A DNA stretch of 49,455 bases from Anaerolineales bacterium (GCA_004376465.1 SOJU01000091.1:1-49455); one strand, 5' to 3'; positions 7,662 to 17,196 are shown, numbered from the stretch's first letter. Notes: generated from the sequence alone by a model not told the origin. Made by a program: numbers and translations.

Positions 7662-9241
7662 GCTTCCGCGTCGAATCGCCAGTAAAGATCCCCCACATGT
7701 TGGAAATATGGATGCTTGATAAGCTCGGCAAAGATCGTTGACGGTGGCTGCCGTTGGATGACATTCACCGCAGCATAAAGCGTCTGTGCGTGCACAGCGC
7801 TTTGTGGAGTCAGTTTGGCTAACTCCCGAAATACATGCACTACAGTTCGATCGAGGGGTTGCTTCTGATGCTGCGATTGCATCCAGACTTCATCGAGAGC
7901 CTGGGTATCAATTAGCCCGATCACCATCAAATCATCATAGGCCGTCCCAACCGGCTGCTTAAGCATCGTGAACCCTATCCGACCATTCTCAGTGATAGTT
8001 ACCGTACGGATCCAATCATTACGCATGCGTCGATCAAACGTTTCTACGACCACTTCGCCAGGGGCATCGCCAGGGTGGACGCGTACAAGTCCTCCCGCCG
8101 GGACCTTATACTCTTGATACCAGTCTTCCAAGCCAAAGACATATCCATACTCACGCACAACCCATCCCGGGAATCTCTCCCCACTGTGCCCATCAATAAG
8201 AACGAAACGAATTCTTGGAGCCTCATAAGCCGTTGGGAAAAGGTGTTGAAGACGAGCCGACAATGGAAGTGCGCCCACTCTCCAATGAGGGAAAATCAGC
8301 GTGACGGTAACATCATCCGGCGCGACATCCGGAGCTTGCAAATCACTCATTTCATCATCCAACTTTGTTATGAGTTCTTGCAGCTCATCTGTAAGGATGG
8401 ATGAATCAATGGCTTTATCCTGGCTTTCCAGGCGTGGAGGTGCAAACAGTACTTCTGGCGGTTCAAGCCGCCGTAAAAACCAGAGAACCTGACCGGCTGG
8501 TCCGACTTCATCGAAACGTTCATCTTCCTGCAGCGCGTAATCAAGCGAAAACTCCGCGAGCCCTGTAGAAAGCGACTCGGGCAGTTCAACATGTTCAAGC
8601 AGGTCCGCTGTCGGCAAAGGGCCACCAGCTTCAACGTCGAGTACGGCCTCGGCAAGGTTTAAATGTCCATCGGTAATCTCAGCCACAAGCGCGCTCGGGA
8701 ACCATTTCCCGGCGATGCTGACGATGTCATCTACCTTATCTAGACTCTCATCCAAATTCGCAACGACGAATTCCCCATACCGGGACATTATATTTTCCGG
8801 TTTACGCAATTCTTCGATTTCAGGATCTGGCTCAGGTGGGCTGTTCAGAATATGATCCGCCAGTTCAGATGCGAACTCTTTCTCTGACTCGTCCCCTGCG
8901 AAAGCAACCTTGATCACAGAAAAGGAATCAAGATCCGGGTTGTTGCCCTCCCGCACACCAACAACTTCTCCGGTTTCAAACTCTAACTGCGAGAACGCTA
9001 GGACCTGTCCTGCTTTGTAAGTTTCTGAGGGGATGTAAATGGCATGTTCCGTCTGTTCTGCCTCTTGGGCCTCTTTCTCCAATTGAATTAAACGCTGCTC
9101 AACAAGTGCGGACGCCATCTCATCAGACGTGAGAGGAACCTCCCGCTCTAGCAGGAGGTTGATGATGAAATCGATATCGTCGTCTTTGACCTCAAAACTG
9201 GTCCAATACGATTCAGAAGAAATACTTTGCACAGATGCCAT
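7646..9241 (-). CDS. Hypothetical acidic multi-domain protein (531 aa)
   Basis: Long D/E-rich ORF. There is a possible N-terminal wHTH (DIDFIINLLLEREVPLTSDEMASALV), a coiled segment and two SH3-like beta-rich stretches. No catalytic motif recognised. Confidence 0.6.
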   Translation of the reverse strand: MASVQSISSESYWTSFEVKDDDIDFIINLLLEREVPLTSDEMASALVEQRLIQLEKEAQEAEQTEHAIYIPSETYKAGQVLAFSQLEFETGEVVGVREGNNPDLDSFSVIKVAFAGDESEKEFASELADHILNSPPEPDPEIEELRKPENIMSRYGEFVVANLDESLDKVDDIVSIAGKWFPSALVAEITDGHLNLAEAVLDVEAGGPLPTADLLEHVELPESLSTGLAEFSLDYALQEDERFDEVGPAGQVLWFLRRLEPPEVLFAPPRLESQDKAIDSSILTDELQELITKLDDEMSDLQAPDVAPDDVTVTLIFPHWRVGALPLSARLQHLFPTAYEAPRIRFVLIDGHSGERFPGWVVREYGYVFGLEDWYQEYKVPAGGLVRVHPGDAPGEVVVETFDRRMRNDWIRTVTITENGRIGFTMLKQPVGTAYDDLMVIGLIDTQALDEVWMQSQHQKQPLDRTVVHVFRELAKLTPQSAVHAQTLYAAVNVIQRQPPSTIFAELIKHPYFQHVGDLYWRFDAEAWGSS

Positions 9242-9309
9242 ATTAAAGAAAGATTGCCCTACTCGGGGACGTTCTAGGCAATTATACTACACCCAGAGGT
9301 TATTGCATC

Positions 9310-9570
9310 ATGACAGAAAATTTTGTAGTCGCCGAGACGGTTTCTGGTTTACTCGAAGCCGAGATCATCCGGGGAATGTTGGAAGCTCAAGAGATCGAAG
9401 TTGTCCTGTCACACGAAGCTGCGACAACGATTTACGGCTTTGGTGTGGGTCGATTGGCACGGGTGGAAATACTCGTGCCGGAGGAGGTGCTTGGCGAGGC
9501 CCAACAGTGCCTGGAAGATTATCGCAGCGGTCGTCTGGTCGACGAAATTGAAGATGAAGATCAGGGGTAA
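9310..9570 (+). CDS. Small DUF2007-like protein
   Basis: 86 aa. The pattern AEIIRGMLEAQEIEVVL...ILVPEEVLGEAQQCLE resembles the DUF2007 fold family. Confidence 0.45.
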   Translation: MTENFVVAETVSGLLEAEIIRGMLEAQEIEVVLSHEAATTIYGFGVGRLARVEILVPEEVLGEAQQCLEDYRSGRLVDEIEDEDQG

Positions 9571-10952
9571 CCCGGGTCAACCCAGTCCAGAGGATTAATA
9601 GGCACACCGCCAACCCAGATTTCCCAATGCAGATGGGGTCCAGTCGATCTCCCTGTGGTCCCTACAATCCCTATCTCCTGTCCCCTTTCAACAATGTCGC
9701 CTTCTTGAACAAACATTTCCGATTGGTGGAAATATCCTGAATACACTCCCCAACCGTGGTCAATATAGGTCACATTTCCCCTTATTAAAAGTGGTCCTGC
9801 AAAAACAACGACCCCATCAGCCGGCGCATAGATAGGAATATCACTGCCATAGAAATCCACCCCGGTATGGTAGTACATCAAGGCGCCATTATTGTAATTA
9901 CGCCGGTCCCCAAAAACGGCGATGAACTCGTCAGTGTAATAGCGAGAGGGATATTCAAAGGATCCGTCCCAAAGCTTATCGGGAGTGAGCGGTGCAAGAA
10001 GCTCCGCTACGAAGTCCTCTTCATGCTGAATAATTTCCAGATCGACCGTTTCTGCAGGGACTCCAACGATATACTGGAAACCATAATCACCATCTTCGAC
10101 CATAACCGGTTGGATAAACGCATAGCTGGTCTCCTCCCCCTCAGACAGTGCCATCCGCAGCTCAAGGTCGATCAACCCCGGCTCGGCTAAAGCGGGGATG
10201 CCCTGCAGAGCGACGAGTCCCCCTTCATCAGCAGGAAAGAATGTAAGCTGATGGTCTCCGAGTGAACCCTCAAGATAAATAGGGCGACTCACTTCTGCTT
10301 TAATCACGACGGTATGCCCTTGAGCTACCGGGAGGGGATCGATCGAAATTGAAGTTATGGGTTCAGGGAGTGAGACTCTCCATCCCATCGAATCGGTCAG
10401 TGGATTCCCGGGCATTGCCCAAACACGCAGCGGAGCCAAAGCAGAGCGCCGCAGATCCCATGGATTAATCCCGGCGCGGGCCGCGATTTCCAGCCTGGTT
10501 TCCCCACGTTGCGGCAGAAATGCGCCAACATCACCCTCGGGGATTGCATCTTCCGCGGGTTCAGGGACGATGAGCGACTGCCCAACGTAGAGTCGATCTG
10601 GTCGGACAAGTCGATTAAGGCGGGCCAAAGCATCCATTGACAGATTGTAACGAAGGCTCAAGCTATTCAAATCTTCGCCGAAGCCGACTTCCTGCAAAGT
10701 CAATACACCTTCAACGTCTTCGAAGCCCGGGATCGTCAGTTCTGCACCGGGGAAAAGTTTGGAAGGGTCATCTATCCCATTTAACGCAACCATCGCCTCA
10801 ACGGTGGTGCCAAAGCGGCGGGCGATGCCCGATAGCGTGTCACCAGGTTCGACAATATATATCGGTCCCCCGCCCTGCGCTTGAACGGCGGCTGCCGGAA
10901 ATAGCACCATGACGAGGACGAGAAACAGGAGTAATTTATACCTACTCTTCAT
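9561..10952 (-). CDS. Secreted LysM-repeat / M23 family metalloendopeptidase
   Basis: Signal peptide MKSRYKLLLFLVLVMVLFPAAAVQA starts at ATG 10952. LysM motifs are YIVEPGDTLSGIARRFG and similar. The M23 motifs are HTGVDF and GPHLHWEI. Confidence 0.85.
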   Translation of the reverse strand: MKSRYKLLLFLVLVMVLFPAAAVQAQGGGPIYIVEPGDTLSGIARRFGTTVEAMVALNGIDDPSKLFPGAELTIPGFEDVEGVLTLQEVGFGEDLNSLSLRYNLSMDALARLNRLVRPDRLYVGQSLIVPEPAEDAIPEGDVGAFLPQRGETRLEIAARAGINPWDLRRSALAPLRVWAMPGNPLTDSMGWRVSLPEPITSISIDPLPVAQGHTVVIKAEVSRPIYLEGSLGDHQLTFFPADEGGLVALQGIPALAEPGLIDLELRMALSEGEETSYAFIQPVMVEDGDYGFQYIVGVPAETVDLEIIQHEEDFVAELLAPLTPDKLWDGSFEYPSRYYTDEFIAVFGDRRNYNNGALMYYHTGVDFYGSDIPIYAPADGVVVFAGPLLIRGNVTYIDHGWGVYSGYFHQSEMFVQEGDIVERGQEIGIVGTTGRSTGPHLHWEIWVGGVPINPLDWVDPGYP

Positions 10953-11313
10953 CGATAAACTCCAACTGATCCCCGATCTGCACTTCGTCAAGGATCCTGG
11001 GTGAAGCCTCAAAGATAAATTGCGCCGCATGCTTCGGCGCATAGAAGCCCCAGGGTTTGGCAAGTGTTCTATCCACCACCAGCCCCTCAGAGTTCACCCA
11101 GAACACACTGATCGAGAAAAAAACGAACAGCATGTGGATCGTGGTATTAACACGCCCCTCGCTGCTTTCAACAAGGATCAGCCCCTCACCATCAGGGATC
11201 TCACGCCGGAATGTCAATCCACGCAAGCGGCAGGAGAACGAATCGCACCACCGCGCCCTACCCAAGGGTGAATTTCCACGACTACGATTGATAACTCGAA
11301 CCCAGCGTTCCAT
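10942..11313 (-). CDS. DUF192 family protein
   Basis: 123 aa with RLRGLTFRREIPDGEGLIL...IHMLFVFFSISVFWVNSEGLVV, typical of DUF192. It overlaps the M23 gene start by 11 nt. Confidence 0.55.
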   Translation of the reverse strand: MERWVRVINRSRGNSPLGRARWCDSFSCRLRGLTFRREIPDGEGLILVESSEGRVNTTIHMLFVFFSISVFWVNSEGLVVDRTLAKPWGFYAPKHAAQFIFEASPRILDEVQIGDQLEFIDEE

Positions 11314-11324
11314 CCTGCTCCTGA

Positions 11325-11353
11325 TATAAAAATAGGGCGACCGAAGCCGCCCT
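11325..11353 (-). terminator. Rho-independent terminator after the response regulator gene
   Basis: Minus strand reads AGGGCG-GCTTCGGT-CGCCCT followed by ATTTTTAT. Confidence 0.6.
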
Positions 11354-11374
11354 GCAAATGCTCGGCCTACGAGC

Positions 11375-11767
11375 TTATTCTACCTCAACCTCACCGATGA
11401 TCTTCTCCACGCTCTCGAGTAATTCTTGTGGACCAAAAGGTTTTGTGATGTAATCATCCACCTTGGCGATATGCAATCCTAATACCTTGTCGATGGACTG
11501 GGCTTTCGCCGTGACGACAACGACAGGGATGTCGCGCAAATCGTCGTCCGCCTTCATTTGTTGATAGACTTCCCAACCATCCATATCCGGCATCATCAAA
11601 TCTAGCAGTACGAGGTCTGGGCGTTCGCGTTGAACCGTTTCCAGTCCCTCTATCCCGCCATTTGCACCGATGACAGTGAACCCCTTCCGGCCGAGGATCA
11701 ACCGGACAAGGTCAATCATTTCTGGTTCGTCCTCAATACAAACGACACGTTTGGCGTCTTCAGCCAT
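11375..11767 (-). CDS. Receiver-only response regulator (CheY-like)
   Basis: 130 aa. It has DEPE, LVLLDLMMPDMDG and TAK/KP motifs and no output domain. Confidence 0.85.
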   Translation of the reverse strand: MAEDAKRVVCIEDEPEMIDLVRLILGRKGFTVIGANGGIEGLETVQRERPDLVLLDLMMPDMDGWEVYQQMKADDDLRDIPVVVVTAKAQSIDKVLGLHIAKVDDYITKPFGPQELLESVEKIIGEVEVE

Positions 11768-11894
11768 ACGGTCTCCTTCCGAAATCCTTATGGATACCTA
11801 ACCAGTGTATCATAAGCGCCGAACCGCGCAACAAACCTTTATTCCTACACCTGACACCTGGATCTACAACGGTTTGCTAGGCCCGCAGCATTGC

Positions 11895-12512
11895 TCACGG
11901 GCTGATCCCTGCCCAAGGTTGATAATAATCCTGTGGAAGGACCGAATTCTGGGGGTCTAAATATCCTGCCGCGAAAATTTCTTCCGCCAATGATATCCCG
12001 ACGTAGCGGATATGCCATGGTTCGTGGATGAACTCCGTCACCTGCGGCATCCAGCGATTGTTATATGGCCACCCCTCAATCTCCTTATAGGGATAGCTCA
12101 GGACAAACCCGAAATGATGTGCATTTTCCTCGAGCCAGATATACAACTGCTCATTCCTGGGATCGCTGAATTCGACTTGTAGTCCGGGCCACACGAGATC
12201 GAATGCGGTCCCGAGTTGGTGCTCGCTGTAGCCTGGCTCCGCAACGTAGAAACCGGCAGTTGAAGGTCTTTCCCTCCATTCCCGCTCCACAGCGGAGCCT
12301 TGTTTTGAGTAGCTCCGATATCCGGAATAAACAATGGCTTTAATTCCGGCATCACCCGCCTCTGATATCAAGTCTTCCAGCGCTGAAACAGCATCAGAGT
12401 GAGGGCCAGGGTCAAACCAGAGCGGGAGCGGGTGACGCGCGTCAACAAGCACATCCAGCGGTGCGCCCATGAGCATGTGCACTACGATATAGAGCTCTAC
12501 GAGAAGCTTCAA
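11895..12512 (-). CDS. VanY-like D-alanyl-D-alanine carboxypeptidase (peptidase M15B)
   Basis: LAS metallopeptidase motifs SGYRSYSKQ, SEHQLGTAFD (Hx6D) and EPWHIRY (ExxH). Confidence 0.75.
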   Translation of the reverse strand: MKLLVELYIVVHMLMGAPLDVLVDARHPLPLWFDPGPHSDAVSALEDLISEAGDAGIKAIVYSGYRSYSKQGSAVEREWRERPSTAGFYVAEPGYSEHQLGTAFDLVWPGLQVEFSDPRNEQLYIWLEENAHHFGFVLSYPYKEIEGWPYNNRWMPQVTEFIHEPWHIRYVGISLAEEIFAAGYLDPQNSVLPQDYYQPWAGISP

Positions 12513-12692
12513 ACAACCCCCTCAATAATTGTCGTACAACTTTCCATAAAGAATAGTGTAATCTCCAATCAAACCCACGCCAAGCCAACTTTTTCCGCCG
12601 CTGATTTGTAAGGTTCCTGTAAATTCATCAACGGCGGCCGCGTGTTAACATGGGGTTGATTTCATTCATACCATTCCTGAAAGCGGGTTATT

Positions 12693-12923
12693 ATGGCAAC
12701 GAGAATTCATCCCGATAGTTTTCCTTCAGTAGAGGAGGCCCTCAGCCTGGCCGTCGAAGCTGTAGAACGAGGGGATCTTCAAAACGGTGAAGCCGCATTG
12801 AGCTGGGTGCTACAGGAGGATCCTCAGAATACAGCGGCATGGATCTGGCTTGCATGTTGTGCGCCCGATGACAGTTCAAGGCAGATTTGTTATCGTCGAG
12901 CCTCCGGGCATACTTCTTGCTAA
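12693..12923 (+). CDS. Small hypothetical protein with a possible TPR-like helical pair
   Basis: 76-aa ORF in an otherwise empty gap. Weak RBS and no firm motif. Confidence 0.3.
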   Translation: MATRIHPDSFPSVEEALSLAVEAVERGDLQNGEAALSWVLQEDPQNTAAWIWLACCAPDDSSRQICYRRASGHTSC

Positions 12924-13047
12924 GGTAAGGGACATCCGCATACCCCATCTTTCTCATTGATTAAAGTACCGAAAAGGCCTTAACCTGTGCAAACAACCGA
13001 TTTACAGACAGTAATCTTGATCCTGACTTGAGAGTGAAACGAAGCGT

Positions 13048-13473
13048 ATGAATGAGCCAGCCAGCACGATCTTGGTAATCGACGATGAACAACCCTTCTG
13101 TGAAGTTGTAGCTGAGATTCTCACTACCTTCGGCTACCCGGTTCGGAAGGCTTTCAATGCTGCCCAAGCACTCGAAGTGTTGGAGTCGATTACCCCCATA
13201 TTAATTATCCTAGACATCATGATGCCCGATGTAGACGGGCTGACCCTCGTCCGCAGATTCCGCGCGGACCCACGTCTATCTAAAATACCCGTCATTATGT
13301 CAAGCGCTAAGTTCCTCAAGGAAGATCGCGCGGAAGCGATAAACGCTGGCGCGAGCGCATACCTCACAAAACCTTTCTCCGCGGCGGAGCTTAGATCCGC
13401 AATCGTCGCACTCCTCGGTGAAAAGGAACCTCAGCTCACCCTAAACAACACCCCCGGATACATACGCCAATAG
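13048..13473 (+). CDS. Receiver-only response regulator (CheY-like)
   Basis: 141 aa. It has ILVIDDE, LIILDIMMPDVDG, SAK and TKPF motifs. Confidence 0.85.
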   Translation: MNEPASTILVIDDEQPFCEVVAEILTTFGYPVRKAFNAAQALEVLESITPILIILDIMMPDVDGLTLVRRFRADPRLSKIPVIMSSAKFLKEDRAEAINAGASAYLTKPFSAAELRSAIVALLGEKEPQLTLNNTPGYIRQ

Positions 13474-13560
13474 GCATCTCTAGTAAGATTGCGATACTTA
13501 TCTCCCAATGTTGGGTCCAACCCTAAAATTCGCTGTTGTGGCAACGAATTTAATAAAATT

Positions 13561-13586
13561 GCGAGCGCAAATTACGCTCGCTTTTA
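13561..13586 (+). terminator. Rho-independent terminator, possibly bidirectional
   Basis: GCGAGCG-caaatta-CGCTCGC-TTTT. It lies between the convergent response regulator and nitroreductase genes. Confidence 0.6.
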
Positions 13587-13615
13587 CCCGCATTGGATTT
13601 GAACCTCCCGACTGA

Positions 13616-14482
13616 TCAGCTCACCCAACTTACCGTATATTCTGTGAACTCGTCGTATTTTTCGATGGCGGGCGTGTTAATCTCCCAACGGCCATCCAAG
13701 CCGTGATCACGCGCCACGAGCTCAAAATGGCACATGGCGATGCCCATGTCGATACGCTGCATATCAGCTACTGTAAAGAGCCTGACAAGCATTCTTTCCC
13801 GATATCCCGGTGTGCGCTGCAGGAAGAAATGCCACCTATTTCCATCTTTGATGATTCGCCAGGGCTGCTTGTTCGATGCTGACGGAGCGCGACGGACCAT
13901 CTCCAGCGTTGTTGCATAGTCACCAGCCGTCTCCCGGGATAATGGCACTCCGAACCTAGAATCGGAGAACAATTGCTCCCACGAGAGCCGCCGCTCCGCA
14001 CCCGCACTGTTGCGGATGACGGCATCGAACCTGCGTGGTTTCTTGGCGCAATAACCCAATGAGACAACAGCGGGGATTAGTTCGCCGGGGCGCGGTGAGA
14101 CTCTTTCCGAAAAGCTGCTTTTGGTAAAAGTACCTCCGAGCCAGCACGTACCCAAGCCTATGTCCGTCGCAAACAAGATGATGCTCTCCATCAGGTAACC
14201 GAAATCTTCCAGGTTCTTTTCATCATCCTGGATAACCCCGATGATGAAACCGGTAGCCCCTTTGATGAACCCGTAAGTTCCCAGCTTTCTAAGGGCTTTT
14301 TGATCCTTCTCGCGGGCAGCGACCAGTGAAAAGCGAAGCTGCGTTCCAAAAGGCCCCGTCTGAAGCGCGGCGGCATAATCAGTGAGCCTCTGGAGCGTCT
14401 GTTCTTCCACAGGCTGACTCAGGTAACTCCTGCAGGAGAACCGCTGCTCGACTAACTCTTCAACAGGATGTGCGAAAGGCAT
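13616..14482 (-). CDS. Nitroreductase family protein
   Basis: 288 aa with RFSCRSY and RRAPSASNKQPW motifs typical of the nitroreductase fold. Confidence 0.7.
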   Translation of the reverse strand: MPFAHPVEELVEQRFSCRSYLSQPVEEQTLQRLTDYAAALQTGPFGTQLRFSLVAAREKDQKALRKLGTYGFIKGATGFIIGVIQDDEKNLEDFGYLMESIILFATDIGLGTCWLGGTFTKSSFSERVSPRPGELIPAVVSLGYCAKKPRRFDAVIRNSAGAERRLSWEQLFSDSRFGVPLSRETAGDYATTLEMVRRAPSASNKQPWRIIKDGNRWHFFLQRTPGYRERMLVRLFTVADMQRIDMGIAMCHFELVARDHGLDGRWEINTPAIEKYDEFTEYTVSWVS

Positions 14483-14678
14483 TGTTCATTTTTCCTGAAA
14501 CTCAGTTATTGTCCCATTCCTAACCGGTGAATTTCGGGCCATTATATTCTTTATCGAGAAATCACGATTCTATTGCCAGGTATAATATTCGCAACTCCAA
14601 TCAAACACTACTTTAATGGTCACTCAAGTGATATTCGCTTTCTGCATACACCAGAATAACCGCTCCAGAACCGCCCCT

Positions 14679-14706
14679 GAAAAAGAAAACCCACCGGCTT
14701 GGTGGG
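14679..14706 (-). terminator. Rho-independent terminator downstream of tRNA-Lys
   Basis: Minus strand reads CCCACC-aagcc-GGTGGG followed by TTTTCTTTTT. Confidence 0.6.
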
Positions 14707-14763
14707 CGCTCATGCCCCCAACACCAGGGGGAGCTACTATTCTTCACAACAGCACAATTCAGG

Positions 14764-14837
14764 TGACCCCGGAAGGACTTGAACCTTCAACCTGCGCATT
14801 AAGAGTGCGATGCTCTGCCAAATTGAGCTACGGGGCC
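14764..14837 (-). tRNA. tRNA-Lys (anticodon CTT)
   Basis: 74-nt cloverleaf. The acceptor is GGCCCCG/CGGGGTC, the anticodon loop CTCTTAA and the T arm GAAGG-TTCAAGT-CCTTC. Confidence 0.9.
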
Positions 14838-15027
14838 ATGCAGCCGAATTATACCAACTGGCCGTGATGCGTCAATCGCTCTGCGTAAAACATCCCCTTT
14901 TTTACGAATCTTTTTCAGGACAGGATTCAACGCTATAGAGGATAAACGGATTAAACAAAATTCGAAATCGTTGCTACAATTCTAATATTGAAAGCATCCG
15001 CCGCCCGATCGCTCAAGGAGTAATTCA

Positions 15028-15987
15028 GTGCTGCGCGCATTCCTTCTCTATATATCCAATGCTAACTGGATCCGTAACATCGTCACCCGCTGGCGAGTCG
15101 CCCGCAAAATGGCCTCCCGTTTCGTCGCCGGCGACACTTTTGAAGATGCCTTGACAGCGATACGCAAGTTAAATGACAAAGGACTTCTCACAACGCTGGA
15201 CAACCTCGGCGAAAATGTCACCAAACCAGAAGATGCGCTAAAAGCGACGGATACCTATATCGAGATGCTCCAACGCCTGCACGAGGCGGGCGTGAAATCA
15301 AATTGCTCCATGAAGCTGAGCCAACTCGGCCTGGAATTAGACTTTGAACTTTGCCTTTCCAATATGCGCTGCATTGCCACACGCGCGGCTGAGTACGGGA
15401 CGCTCGTTAGGATCGACATGGAGGATTCCAGCACCATTGAACGCACACTCAAGATCTACAACACCCTGAAGGATGAGGGCCTCACCAACGTCGGCCTGGT
15501 CATCCAATCCTACCTCTTTCGAAGCGAAGAGGATGTGCGCTCCTTGCTTGAGCAAGGCACTCGGATTCGCTTATGCAAAGGGGCCTACAACGAACCCGCG
15601 GAGGTTGCTTTCCCGAAGAAGAGCGATGTCGATGCGAACTTTGATCTACTCGCCGCGCTCATGATCGATGCCTCTCTATCCCTGGGATCTGGACCCGCCA
15701 GCGCTGACGGGAAGATCCCACCAATCACTGCCCTCGGTACCCACGACGAGAAGCGCACCGTTTTCGCATGTAAACATGCAGAAAAAGTGGGTCTTCCAAA
15801 AGAAGCACTGGAATTCCAAATGCTGTATGGCATCCGCTCCGACCTGCAGGATGCGCTGCATGCCCGCGGCTACCCTGTTCGTGTGTATGTGCCCTTCGGT
15901 ACGGAATGGTACCCATACTTCATGCGCCGGTTGGCAGAGCGACCCGCTAACCTATGGTTCTTCATTACCGCACTCGTCCGCGGCTGA
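15028..15987 (+). CDS. putA: Proline dehydrogenase
   Basis: 319 aa with LVRIDMEDS, RLCKGAY, GTHD, EFQMLYGIR and RVYVPFGTEWYPYFMRRLAERPAN. The GTG start follows AAGGAG. Confidence 0.85.
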   Translation: MLRAFLLYISNANWIRNIVTRWRVARKMASRFVAGDTFEDALTAIRKLNDKGLLTTLDNLGENVTKPEDALKATDTYIEMLQRLHEAGVKSNCSMKLSQLGLELDFELCLSNMRCIATRAAEYGTLVRIDMEDSSTIERTLKIYNTLKDEGLTNVGLVIQSYLFRSEEDVRSLLEQGTRIRLCKGAYNEPAEVAFPKKSDVDANFDLLAALMIDASLSLGSGPASADGKIPPITALGTHDEKRTVFACKHAEKVGLPKEALEFQMLYGIRSDLQDALHARGYPVRVYVPFGTEWYPYFMRRLAERPANLWFFITALVRG

Positions 15988-16049
15988 CGAAGACGGCCTC
16001 TAACCAACACCATAAGCAGTTTTTAAATTCCTGGTTCGAAAGGACAGCG

Positions 16050-16781
16050 ATGGAATTACCCGGGAAGATTGCACTTGTCACAGGTGGGGCTCACCGCGTA
16101 GGACGCGAAATCGCAATTGCCCTTGCACAGGCCGGCTGCCACCTGGCCATCCATTATCACAATTCTGAAAAAGACGCCAAGGATACGGCCTCCGCGGTAA
16201 AAGCGCTCGGCGTGAATAGCGCCATTTTCCGCTCCGATCTGAGAAAGCTAGACCAGATCGAGGGGCTCTTTCAGCTCATCGATAGCGAGTTTGGAACCCT
16301 GGATATCCTGGTAAATTCCGCGGCGATCATGAATAAGATTGCTTTCCAAAAAGCGGATGAAGAGGATTGGCACAACACGATCGATCTGAATCTCAAAGCC
16401 CCCTTCTTCTGCATCCAGCAAGCCGCTGAAAGGATGCAAATTAACGGCGCAGGAGCGATCGTAAATATATCCGACCTTGCCGGTCTGCGCCCCTGGCGAG
16501 AGTATCCCGTTCACTCCGTTAGCAAAGCCGGCTTGGAGATGCTCACCAAAGTCGCCGCCCGGGCTTACGCGCCGGAAATTCGGGTGAACGCGGTCGCCCC
16601 TGGACCCGTTCTAAAGCCGGATGGTATGCCCGACGCGCGCTGGCATGAGATCGGAGACGCGCTGCCGCTACAACGCCCCGGAAATGCATCCGACGTCGCC
16701 CGGGCAGTAATCTTCCTGCTCGAAAACGACTTCATCACCGGCGAAACACTTGTTGTAGACGGGGGTAACCGACTTAGCTAG
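16050..16781 (+). CDS. Short-chain dehydrogenase/reductase (pteridine-reductase-like)
   Basis: Starts MELPGKIALVTGGAHRVGREIA (Rossmann fold). The active-site region reads HSVSKAG where YxxxK is expected. Confidence 0.75.
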   Translation: MELPGKIALVTGGAHRVGREIAIALAQAGCHLAIHYHNSEKDAKDTASAVKALGVNSAIFRSDLRKLDQIEGLFQLIDSEFGTLDILVNSAAIMNKIAFQKADEEDWHNTIDLNLKAPFFCIQQAAERMQINGAGAIVNISDLAGLRPWREYPVHSVSKAGLEMLTKVAARAYAPEIRVNAVAPGPVLKPDGMPDARWHEIGDALPLQRPGNASDVARAVIFLLENDFITGETLVVDGGNRLS

Positions 16782-16861
16782 CCATCTCTAGCCTCCCAGC
16801 CTCGCGTAAAAGACGAACCCATCATCTCCGATAGAGCTGCTTACAAAACAGAGCCTCGTAC

Positions 16862-16948
16862 TAGGGATTTCTCGCTTCGCTCAAAATGACATGGAGAGTC
16901 ATCCAAAGCCTGTCATTTCGAACCTCTGGAAGGGGTGAGAAATCCCTA
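16862..16948. other. 87-nt imperfect long hairpin (12-bp perfect outer arms)
   Basis: TAGGGATTTCTC (16862-16873) pairs with GAGAAATCCCTA (16937-16948). Inner helices are AAATGACA/TGTCATTT (8 bp) and TGGA/TCCA. A TATAAT hexamer at 16947-16952 overlaps the 3' arm. Confidence 0.5.
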
Positions 16949-17196
16949 TAATGTCTCTTTAAATGCGCAATCTGGCATACCAATACACACTCAAGGTGCT
17001 AACCTCTCTCGAAAACCGCTTGGAACCCACCCCCGCTCATCTCCGTTAGATTCGAATTTCGGACAGACGAGCGGTACAATGAATATCCGCTTAAACGCAC
17101 CTGCGGGAGATAACCCGTCGTTTGCGCTGGGCACGCATTTCAGCCGGGATAGTGTCCAATCAAACGCAACTGCTGAAATTGCAGGAGGGAAGTGCA

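Noticed and set aside
14616-14867. 83-aa ORF spanning the tRNA-Lys locus.
   Set aside because: It overlaps a well-formed tRNA cloverleaf and its terminator on the opposite strand and has no RBS. I consider it spurious.
16782-17196. Moco riboswitch upstream of the MoeA-containing cluster.
   Set aside because: The context is suggestive. However, I could not match the conserved Moco-motif elements from memory (only loose CUCCGA/GAGCC-like strings). A covariance-model scan is needed before any call.
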